From assembly GCA_964525635.1 (NCBI GenBank), contig CAZGJX010000002.1, positions 76,124 through 113,366 of the forward strand: a stretch of DNA of 37,243 nt, written 5' to 3'. The notes beneath the pieces were generated by a model. The model saw only the letters and a program-made list of their open reading frames with translations. It was not told the DNA's origin and did no database searches. A program made the position numbers and the translations under genes. Below are positions 8,882 through 17,717 of this stretch, piece after piece (positions within the stretch are counted from its first letter, which is position 1; the number at the start of each line of letters is the position of its first letter). This stretch comes from an uncultured archaeon (GTDB lineage: Archaea > Asgardarchaeota > Lokiarchaeia > Sigyniarchaeales > SOKP01).

Positions 8882-11266
8882 ATGTCAAAATGGTTTATTT
8901 GGAAAAAAGGATATCGGACTATTACTAAAAATAAAAGAAAAGTCATACCAATCGTTTTATTAATGCTTTTCAGTATTGGTTTTGGAAGTCTAATGTTTGA
9001 CATGCAAGATGCAAGACATAGAATAATCGAAGAAACAATTGAATTAACGAATTTTACAGATGGATTTATTTATACAGATCCAATCAATGCTTCTTTTGTA
9101 AATCCAATCATGAATAATTTCACGAAAGATTATATAGAATTTCATGAAACAAGAGCAATCCTTGGTATGAAATTTGAAATAAAAGGAATTGAATATGATG
9201 GATTAATTATAGGAATAAATCTCTCTAGATCAATACATATAAACGCACTAGTTGATGAAAATAAGCATTATATTAGAAATTATGAATATTGTTTGGATTA
9301 TTCATTTGCAAAGGAAAAAAATATAAAAATTGGACAGGAAATAACCCTTAAATTTGGCTCCAAAGAAAAGATAATCTCAGTAGAAGATATTGGATTTAAT
9401 ACTGAATTTTTATATTATCCTTTAGTTGAGAGTATTGCATTTCCATCTTTTAAGCCATTTCCTGTGTTATACGTTGATATAATTTATCTAAATGATAATT
9501 TCATCCCTTTGAGTGAGATAATTATCAATGAAATATTGTACAAATTGAAATCAGGTATAACTCAAGAACAATTTGAAAAGGTAATAAATGATAATTTAGG
9601 ATTATATGTACATGAAGTGTTAAGTCAGGATGAAAGTCCTTTTTTAAAGACAATGAGAGAAGATGAAGAGGGAGATCGTCAATTTTTGTTGACATTTGTG
9701 TTTATTTTTATCGCTGGATCTCTAATTGTATTAATCAGCGTAATTCACCGTCTTATCGAATTTGATCTAAAATCAATTTCAGTCTTCCAAGGTCTGGGCG
9801 CAAAAAAGAGAGAGATACTTAGTAGTTATTTAATTTTTAATTTGATTTTATTTACGCTTTCTTTAATTCTTGGTGGAATAGTAGGTGTTTTATCTGGAAT
9901 TCCTATAAGTCAATATATCGCAACAATTATGGGAATTCCATTTTTTCCACAGGTTTCTTTTACATATTTAAATATTTTTATCATAGGGTTAGCAATGCTA
10001 GTATTTTCATTATTAACTACTATTATCGTTGTTATGAAATCTTTCAAAATGGATATTCAACAATCATTAAAACATGAGACGAAATTTTTAGATAAAACAC
10101 CTTTTTTGGAAAAAATTATATTAAAACTAAAAAACTATATACATCCTTTTACAAGTTACAATCTACGGAAAATTATAGGAAAAAAATTATATCTATTCTT
10201 TATATTTTCAGCATTAATTATATCATCATGCTTTTTAGTTTTTGCATATAGTTTACCAGATAGTATTGATTACTCAATAGATTACAAAATTAATAAGATT
10301 GAAAAATGGGATGGAGTAGCGACAACATGGGATTATACTGAAACTAACCTGATAAATGATAATTTCACAGCATTATCAAGCATAGATAATTTTGAATTAG
10401 GTATCTCAGAGCTAGTTTTATTTAATAAAGATAATTCAAGTGAATTTAATAATTACCTACATCTAATGGCATATGAAAATGGTTCAAAAATGCATTCATT
10501 TGAGTTACAAAATGGTAAAAGAATTTCAAATATAGGAGAGTGTTATATAACAAAAGATATTATTAGCAAATATTCTGTAAATGTTGGAGGTTATTTATAC
10601 GTTAAAAATCACTCATATACAGAAGCATATCGTCTTAAAATTACTGGGATTATAAATGATTTTGCAATTAATTCAATATATCTTTATATAGAAACGGCTC
10701 AAGAAATATTAGGATATTTTAATAAAGTTAATACTATTTTTTTTACAATTGCTTCAAATAATACAGATGCACTAATTCAAACTGAGGATTTAGACTATGT
10801 TCAAAAAGTAGTATTAAAAGATGATATAGAAAAAACTTTGAAAGAAACTTCCGAATTATTTAATGTTTTCACGATAGCATTTGGAATTATATTTACACTA
10901 TTTGGATTATTAATTTTTGGAACTATAGTAAAAAATTTAGTAGAGTATCGTATAGAAGACTATGCAAACATGAAAGCATTAGGATTATTTGATTTTGAAA
11001 TTAAACGCAGTATTTTGAAAGAAGTCTTTGTCTATTTTGTGATTTCAATCCCTATTGGAATTATTTTAGGAAATTTCATAACATCTATTCTAATTGATTC
11101 TTACGGGGATGAAATGATGGGAATTCATTCTCACATCTATCCAATTAGCTACCTTTATCTTGGAATAAATCTTTTAGCAATACTTTTTGTTGTTTTATTC
11201 ATTCAATTTAGAAAAGTAAAGAATATGAATATAACTGAAATAACTAAAATGAAAACCTTTGGATGA
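8882..11266 (+). CDS. FtsX/MacB-like ABC permease with two repeats
   Basis: Duplicated TM-extracellular-3TM architecture with FQGLGA and MKALGL motifs; follows the ATPase gene. Confidence 0.9.
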   Translation: MSKWFIWKKGYRTITKNKRKVIPIVLLMLFSIGFGSLMFDMQDARHRIIEETIELTNFTDGFIYTDPINASFVNPIMNNFTKDYIEFHETRAILGMKFEIKGIEYDGLIIGINLSRSIHINALVDENKHYIRNYEYCLDYSFAKEKNIKIGQEITLKFGSKEKIISVEDIGFNTEFLYYPLVESIAFPSFKPFPVLYVDIIYLNDNFIPLSEIIINEILYKLKSGITQEQFEKVINDNLGLYVHEVLSQDESPFLKTMREDEEGDRQFLLTFVFIFIAGSLIVLISVIHRLIEFDLKSISVFQGLGAKKREILSSYLIFNLILFTLSLILGGIVGVLSGIPISQYIATIMGIPFFPQVSFTYLNIFIIGLAMLVFSLLTTIIVVMKSFKMDIQQSLKHETKFLDKTPFLEKIILKLKNYIHPFTSYNLRKIIGKKLYLFFIFSALIISSCFLVFAYSLPDSIDYSIDYKINKIEKWDGVATTWDYTETNLINDNFTALSSIDNFELGISELVLFNKDNSSEFNNYLHLMAYENGSKMHSFELQNGKRISNIGECYITKDIISKYSVNVGGYLYVKNHSYTEAYRLKITGIINDFAINSIYLYIETAQEILGYFNKVNTIFFTIASNNTDALIQTEDLDYVQKVVLKDDIEKTLKETSELFNVFTIAFGIIFTLFGLLIFGTIVKNLVEYRIEDYANMKALGLFDFEIKRSILKEVFVYFVISIPIGIILGNFITSILIDSYGDEMMGIHSHIYPISYLYLGINLLAILFVVLFIQFRKVKNMNITEITKMKTFG

Positions 11267-11292
11267 AATTAATTTTTTTTTCTTTTTATTTA

Positions 11293-12369
11293 TCAAAAAA
11301 TTGCATTTTTAAGAACATTTAAAGTCATTTCATCAATCCTCTGTTCATTTTGATAATTTGGATTGTCCTGATACTTTTCTGTAAAGTCATATATGCCAAA
11401 GTCCATATTTTTATAAGTCCAATATGTATAAGATATCTTATTTTTCTTTAGGATTGACATTAAATCTTCAATCCAATTTTTTCTTGTTATTAGATCTGCT
11501 TTAGCAATACATCCAAATTCTCCACATAATATTGGGACATTATATTTATCTCTAAATTCTAATATAGGTTCAAGAGAAGACTCCATTCTTTCTTTATCCC
11601 ACTTTCCAAGTTCGTTTTTAACTCTTTCTAAAAGAGCATGATCCTTTAATTGCTTAAATTTATCAGCTGAAAGTTCATAATATCCAGGATATTTTTCAAT
11701 TTTTCTATGTATATTTCGTAAATAAAATGTAATCCATTCAGCCATTTGATGTGTAACCCAATGCGGTTCATAATAATGAAAACTATAAATAATATTGTCA
11801 TCAGAGAATTTTGGGATATCACTAAAATTTCCTGGCTCTCCCCATAAATTAGATTCTATAATAATATCATGATCTGTATCTATTGTTCTTATTGTTTTTA
11901 TTGCTTCTTCGGCAAGATCATACCATAATCTATTTTGTGGTGCTATCGGTTCATTTAGTATTTCATATATTATGTTTTTTTGATCTCTGAATCTTTTAGC
12001 TATAAACGCCCATATTTTTAAAAATCTTTTTCTATTTAATGAATTTTTATCCCAGATATTATTTATTTTATCTTCTCTAGTATCAAAAGTATGTCCAGGA
12101 GCTTTATGAAGATCCAAAATTAGTTCAGTATCATATTTCTGGGCCCAGTGTAATACTTGTTCTATTTTGCTTATTCTTTCTTCAATAATATTATAGGGTT
12201 CTTCTTGATTTTCAAGAAAAAAATAATCTACAGGCAACCTTAGACAATTAAAATTCCAATTTTTGATTCTAATTACATCTTCCTCGGTTATAAATGTATT
12301 CAAATGAACTTTAGAAAATGCTTCCACCTGTGAAAAAAATCCTCCAAGATTAAGACCAAAAAGCTTCAT
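11293..12369 (-). CDS. glycoside hydrolase family 5 (CelC-like endoglucanase), no signal peptide
   Basis: GLNLGG, RLPVDY, LDLHKAPG, YEILNEP (acid/base), FHYYEP, CGEFG (nucleophile), YWTYK. Confidence 0.92.
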   Translation of the reverse strand: MKLFGLNLGGFFSQVEAFSKVHLNTFITEEDVIRIKNWNFNCLRLPVDYFFLENQEEPYNIIEERISKIEQVLHWAQKYDTELILDLHKAPGHTFDTREDKINNIWDKNSLNRKRFLKIWAFIAKRFRDQKNIIYEILNEPIAPQNRLWYDLAEEAIKTIRTIDTDHDIIIESNLWGEPGNFSDIPKFSDDNIIYSFHYYEPHWVTHQMAEWITFYLRNIHRKIEKYPGYYELSADKFKQLKDHALLERVKNELGKWDKERMESSLEPILEFRDKYNVPILCGEFGCIAKADLITRKNWIEDLMSILKKNKISYTYWTYKNMDFGIYDFTEKYQDNPNYQNEQRIDEMTLNVLKNAIF

Positions 12370-12564
12370 AATTTAATATTATATTTTGTTATATATTATA
12401 AAATAAACTATTTTGAATAAATTTATGTATCAACTAAATAGTATTAAGAAAATGTTAATTTTATTTTAAAAAACTTTTTTTAACAAATATATGAATTTTA
12501 TTTTTCATGCAGAAATGAATTACCAAGAATATTAAATTTCCATAATATATATTGATAAAACTTA

Positions 12565-12683
12565 GGGTGCGTACAAAATTCAGTGATGGAAGAATATATT
12601 CTTTTATTAAATTATAATTTTAGGAGAAATATTCTAAAATAAATCAATTTATGCATTTTTATCACTAACATTTGTACCTACCC
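12565..12683. mobile_element. 119-bp MITE / non-autonomous IS derivative
   Basis: Terminal inverted repeats GGGTGCGTACAAAATTCAGTGAT and ATCACTAACATTTGTACCTACCC (18/23), flanked exactly by direct repeat AAAACTTA (12557-12564 and 12684-12691). Confidence 0.8.
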
Positions 12684-12764
12684 AAAACTTAATAATAAAA
12701 AATATCTTTTATATTAACATTTAAATCTATCAATAGTTAAAAAAATAATTTTATATTTAAAAAA

Positions 12765-14234
12765 ATGTCTGATTACTTTAGGAATAAGATCCATCATAAA
12801 GAAATAATTGCTACATTCGATGACATCTTAATTTTACCTGGTTTTACTGAAACATTTGAAATTGATCTTTCATCTAGTCTTGGTAAATATAATTTTAACA
12901 TTCCCATCATAACAGCAGCTATGGACACTGTAACTGAGGATGAGACGGCAATAAAGATGGCCTTATTGGGGGGATTAGGTGTTTTACATCGTAATTGTTC
13001 TTATGATAAACAATTGAAAATGTGTAAAAATATAAAAAGAGCTCGTTCATTCGTTATTAGAGACGTTGCTACCATTAATATTAACTCAGATTTGAGAGAA
13101 GCTAAATCTCTTATGGAAAAAGAAGGAATAAGTGGACTTGTAGTTATTGATAATAATAATAAAGTTAATGGGATCTTTACTAAAAGAGATATACCCTTTT
13201 CCGAGGAGGAAGTAAGAAATGGGAAAGTTAAAGATTATATGTCTACAGATGTTATTTCAATTCCACGAGAGTCATCAAGAGAAGAGGCATTAAACATTTT
13301 ATTTAAAAATAGAATTGAGAAACTACCTATTATAGAAAATGGACTTTTAAAGGGGCTTATAACTAAAAAGGATTTAAAACCTGAATTTCCATATGCATCC
13401 ATAGATAATGAGGGGAGACTGCTATGTGCTTTAGCTATTAGTCCTAAATTTCCTGAATCAGTTGAATCTCAAATGAAATTAAAAGAAATAGATAAATATG
13501 TGGATATTTTTTTTTCTGATGTAGCTGAATTCTATAAAGAGAAGGATATTAAGGGTGTAAAAAAATTAATGGAGTTTCTTGATTCTGATTTTGTATTGGG
13601 AAATATAGGAACATATGAAGGAGCAGAACATATACTAACTAAATGTGATTATGATACTGATAAGTTTATTGCAATTAAAGTTGGAATGGGCTCTGGCTCT
13701 ATTTGTTCCACATCTATTCAAACAGGAGTAGGAGCACCAACCCTATATGCTACAGCAGAAGTCGCAGATGCAATTCAAGACTATAATCCTAAAATGAGTT
13801 TAATTGCTGATGGGGGTTTTAAAAACCCTGGTGATTTACCCAAAGCTTTTTCAGTTGGAGCAAATATGATTATGTCAGGCCATTTTTTTGCTGGTTGTAC
13901 TGAAAGTCCAGGATATATTGATACAATCCAAGGTCGTAAGGTTAAGGTTTATAGAGGTATGGGAAGTCAAAATGCTAGAGATGTTGGTTTTGTATCTGAT
14001 AGATATGTTGATGGATCAACAAAATTTCTTCCAGAAGGAGTTTCAAGTTATGTTCCATTTGTAGGGGGTCTTTCTTCAGTAGTTCTAACATTGCAACAAG
14101 GATTAAAAAATGGAATGGTCTATGCTGGTGCGAAAAATATAGAAGCAATGAAAAAGGTCAAAATTGGAATAGTATCATACGCAGGGCAAAGAGAATCAAG
14201 ACCTCATGATTTATTAGATAATGTAAATTACTAA
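12765..14234 (+). CDS. guaB: inosine-5'-monophosphate dehydrogenase with CBS pair
   Basis: TFDDILILP, AAMDTVTE, GMGSGSICST (catalytic Cys), IADGG, YRGMGS, PEGV. Confidence 0.93.
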   Translation: MSDYFRNKIHHKEIIATFDDILILPGFTETFEIDLSSSLGKYNFNIPIITAAMDTVTEDETAIKMALLGGLGVLHRNCSYDKQLKMCKNIKRARSFVIRDVATININSDLREAKSLMEKEGISGLVVIDNNNKVNGIFTKRDIPFSEEEVRNGKVKDYMSTDVISIPRESSREEALNILFKNRIEKLPIIENGLLKGLITKKDLKPEFPYASIDNEGRLLCALAISPKFPESVESQMKLKEIDKYVDIFFSDVAEFYKEKDIKGVKKLMEFLDSDFVLGNIGTYEGAEHILTKCDYDTDKFIAIKVGMGSGSICSTSIQTGVGAPTLYATAEVADAIQDYNPKMSLIADGGFKNPGDLPKAFSVGANMIMSGHFFAGCTESPGYIDTIQGRKVKVYRGMGSQNARDVGFVSDRYVDGSTKFLPEGVSSYVPFVGGLSSVVLTLQQGLKNGMVYAGAKNIEAMKKVKIGIVSYAGQRESRPHDLLDNVNY

Positions 14235-14335
14235 TTTAACTTTCTCTTCTCTTTTACACTCAATATATTAGAAATATATTTATTGAGATTGTAGAATCAT
14301 TGATGAATTCATGTAATATATTAATTTCTTATATG

Positions 14336-15205
14336 TTATGTTTTTGGCGGACCCTTTATAATATGTTTTAGCATTTCTTCATATGGACCTCGCCAATCAT
14401 TAATTGTTTCAGACCACCAAGTTGCTCCCACATCAATATATGGTTCTATTATCTTTTTAGCTTCAATCTTATCTATTGGTGTTTTTCCAGCTATAATTAT
14501 ATCATAATTTTCCATATTTTTTCTAAATTTTTTAATATAGAATATTATCTCTTCTACATCACTATTATATAAGCTTCTAGGAGAGGATCCCTCATATTTT
14601 GCACAAATAGGACAAACACCATCATACTTTGCAGCACGCTTAAATGGATTTTTATATGGCCATCTTCCAGCGATCCATATTGGGATTTTTTTATTAAATG
14701 GTTTTGGTTTAAAAATTACTTCTTTTATTTTATAATGATTACCATCATAACTAAAAGGATTTCCTGATAAAAGACCCTCTAAAATTTCTAATCCTTCATC
14801 ACATTTTTGACTCCTAATTTTCAAATTTTCCTCTTCTCCAAAACCCTCATATTCAAAATTAGGATTACCAAGACCTATACCTAAAATTAATCTACCTTTT
14901 GATAACCGATCGAGGGAAACAATTTCTCTTGCTAATTTCCAAGGTCTTCGACGAGGAAGTGGGGTAACATATGTTCCGATTTTAATCTTTGTTGTTACTG
15001 TAGCAATTGCTGTAAGGGCAATCCATGGATCAGTAAAAGATTCTCCAAATTGATTATTTCTTTCCAAACGTGATGATAGGTACATATGATCCCATAAAAA
15101 AAATCCATCCCATCCCGCTTCTTCAGCATCTTTAGCTAATTTCATTAAAATATTAATATCAGAATAAGTACCAAAATTAGGCATATTGAGACTATATTTA
15201 ATCAT
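14336..15205 (-). CDS. LLM-class flavin/F420-dependent oxidoreductase
   Basis: AEEAGWDGFFLWDH, DPWIALTAIA, LDRLSKGRLILGIGLG, IPIWIAG. Confidence 0.9.
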   Translation of the reverse strand: MIKYSLNMPNFGTYSDINILMKLAKDAEEAGWDGFFLWDHMYLSSRLERNNQFGESFTDPWIALTAIATVTTKIKIGTYVTPLPRRRPWKLAREIVSLDRLSKGRLILGIGLGNPNFEYEGFGEEENLKIRSQKCDEGLEILEGLLSGNPFSYDGNHYKIKEVIFKPKPFNKKIPIWIAGRWPYKNPFKRAAKYDGVCPICAKYEGSSPRSLYNSDVEEIIFYIKKFRKNMENYDIIIAGKTPIDKIEAKKIIEPYIDVGATWWSETINDWRGPYEEMLKHIIKGPPKT

Positions 15206-15502
15206 ATTATTACTTTATACTGATAATACTCTAAATTTTCTTTAGAATATTTGTAATAAAAGGTTTTTAATTTTAAAATTATACCTTTTATTATCCAGAC
15301 CCCTACTTTTCTTTATTTTATTGAAATATTAATTATTTTAACGAAATAATCATAAAAGTTACTTAAGATAAAAAGAAGTTGAATACTCTTATTTTCTCAA
15401 TTATTTATTAAAGATTAATTAAATAATTTTATACAATATTTATAGTATATAATTCATTATCTTTCTTAATAGACAATAGAAAATAATGTTTTAGAATTAA
15501 AA

Positions 15503-17107
15503 ATGAAGAAAATTAAACGAGCAATTATAAGTGTTTTTGATAAAGATGGAATAATTGAATTTGCAAGAGTATTGGTTGATGAATTCAATATTGAAATTTT
15601 ATCTACTGGAGGTACAGGAAAATTACTGGAAGAAAATAATATAAAGTATATTAAAATCTCAGAGTATACAAAATCACCTGAAATGTTTGATGGTAGAGTC
15701 AAGACTTTACATCCTAAAATTGAGGGTGGAATTCTTTATCGTAGAAATTTAAAAAAGCATATTAAAGATGCAGAAACTTATGATATCCCTTCAATTGATA
15801 TGGTTGTGTGTAATTTATATCAATTTAAAGAAGCAATATCAAAACCGGATATTACTTTAAATGAAGCTTTGGAGATGATTGATATAGGGGGTCCTACAAT
15901 GATTCGTGCTGCTGCTAAAAATTATCATGATGTTGTTGTTATTCCAAGTTCAAAGCATTATAATCAAATCATTGAAGAGCTAAGAAAAAATAATGGAGAA
16001 GTGACTGATAATACAAGAGCTTTACTAGCTCAAGAAGTATTCTTGATAATGGCAGATTATAATGTTGCTATAGCAAATTATTTACAAAGTTATTATTTTC
16101 CAGAGACTAAATTAAATAAAAATCTTATTAAAAATTATGAAAAAGTCCAAGATTGTAGATATGGAGAGAATTGGGATCAAACTGCAGCATATTATAGAGA
16201 TATCTCAGCTAAATATGGTTTACATATGTTTAAACAATTAGGAGGAAAAGAAATATCTTTCAATAATTTTCTAGATATTGATGCATGTATTCAAATGTTA
16301 TTAGATTTTGGCACAGAAAATCATGTCACCGCCATTTTAAAACATACATCTCCAAATGGTATGGCTCTTGATAGAGCGAATCAATTAAAATCTGTAGAAA
16401 TGGCATTTAGTTGTGATCCTCTCTCCGCTTTTGGTGGAATTTGGGGTGTCAATCAACAATTAACTACTGAAGTAGCTGATTTTATAGTTAATAAAAAGAA
16501 GATATTTATTGAAGTAATAATGGCACCCTCTTTTGAAACTAAAGCATTAGAAATATTAAAAACAAAAGAAAACATAAGAATCTTACAATTTAATGATTTT
16601 CTTACAAAAAAGAATGACATATATAAAAATCTTGAATTGAGATCTACTTTAGGAGGGATACTTGTCCAAGAATATGACCATAAGCCTATTATTAAAGAAT
16701 GGAATAATGTAAGTGAAAGGAAAGTAAATGATATAGAAAAAGAAGCACTTATTTTTGCATATAAAGTATCAAAATGGACTAAATCGAATTCTGCTTGTTT
16801 TGCACAGATTTATGATACAGGAATTTATTCAATTGGAATAGGCGCTGGACAACAAAGTAGAGTCCACGTTGTTAAGTTAGCAGCACAAAAAGCACGAGAA
16901 TTTGGACATGAAGAAGCCCTAGAAAAATCATTTATGGGTACAGATTCTTTTTTTCCATTCCCAGATGGATTAGAAGCAGCAGTAGAAGCGGGAGCAAAAG
17001 CAGTTATAAATCCTGGTGGATCCATTAGAGATGAAATGGTAATAAATAAAGCAAATGAACTTAATTGTGCTTTAGTTTTTTGTGGAAAAAGGGTTTTTCG
17101 TCACTAA
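15503..17107 (+). CDS. purH: bifunctional AICAR formyltransferase / IMP cyclohydrolase
   Basis: AIISVFDK, STGGT, GRVKTLHP, IDIGGPTMIRAAAKN, RYGEN, SAFGG, DSFFPF, PGGSIRD, RVFRH. Confidence 0.96.
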   Translation: MKKIKRAIISVFDKDGIIEFARVLVDEFNIEILSTGGTGKLLEENNIKYIKISEYTKSPEMFDGRVKTLHPKIEGGILYRRNLKKHIKDAETYDIPSIDMVVCNLYQFKEAISKPDITLNEALEMIDIGGPTMIRAAAKNYHDVVVIPSSKHYNQIIEELRKNNGEVTDNTRALLAQEVFLIMADYNVAIANYLQSYYFPETKLNKNLIKNYEKVQDCRYGENWDQTAAYYRDISAKYGLHMFKQLGGKEISFNNFLDIDACIQMLLDFGTENHVTAILKHTSPNGMALDRANQLKSVEMAFSCDPLSAFGGIWGVNQQLTTEVADFIVNKKKIFIEVIMAPSFETKALEILKTKENIRILQFNDFLTKKNDIYKNLELRSTLGGILVQEYDHKPIIKEWNNVSERKVNDIEKEALIFAYKVSKWTKSNSACFAQIYDTGIYSIGIGAGQQSRVHVVKLAAQKAREFGHEEALEKSFMGTDSFFPFPDGLEAAVEAGAKAVINPGGSIRDEMVINKANELNCALVFCGKRVFRH

Positions 17108-17423
17108 AATAAAGATTATTTTTTTATTCAGAAAAATATTAAATTATTAACATTAAAAAAAACTTAAATTTTATTTTTTAAATAAATCTTGAAATTCATT
17201 AAATTTATGACGAAAATAATCGATTATATTAACTCATATATCCTATTTATAATTCTAATTTATTTAATATCTAAATTGAATTGATTCTAAAACGTCATTA
17301 AAAATATTTATATTCGAGAAATGATAATTAATAATACTCATAAATTCTTTTAATTGATTTTTTTTATTAAGAGATCATTTACTAGTTATGTAAAATTTAC
17401 TCCACAGAAGAGGACTTTAAACC

Positions 17424-17708
17424 ATGGATTTTTTCTTAAAGAATTTGAGAGAGACTTTAGAAGCAATAAATAAACTTATTGATAATAATGTTAATATGGT
17501 TAATACTAAACGAATTAGAAGATTTAATAAAATTAAGTCCTCAGACCGCTCTAAAATTAATTTTATTTGGCGATCTCTTGCATATTTGGAAGAAAATGGT
17601 GTTTTAGAAATGAATGGAGCAATTAAACCTAAATGTTATAAAATCAAATCAAATTCCAAAATTGATGTTGATAATTTTATATCTAATATTGAAAACGAAC
17701 GTAAATAA
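17424..17708 (+). CDS. small basic protein, possible winged helix
   Basis: 94 aa with GAGGA upstream; FIWRSLAYLEENGVLE...PKCYKI resembles a recognition helix plus wing. Confidence 0.65.
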   Translation: MDFFLKNLRETLEAINKLIDNNVNMVNTKRIRRFNKIKSSDRSKINFIWRSLAYLEENGVLEMNGAIKPKCYKIKSNSKIDVDNFISNIENERK

Positions 17709-17717
17709 TTCTCTTTA

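Noticed and set aside
12565-12683. Purine riboswitch upstream of guaB
   Set aside because: No purine-aptamer consensus; the exact flanking 8-bp duplication favours a MITE.
8806-17025. Short - strand ORFs 8806-9003, 15466-15702 and 16825-17025
   Set aside because: Antisense to the ABC genes and purH.
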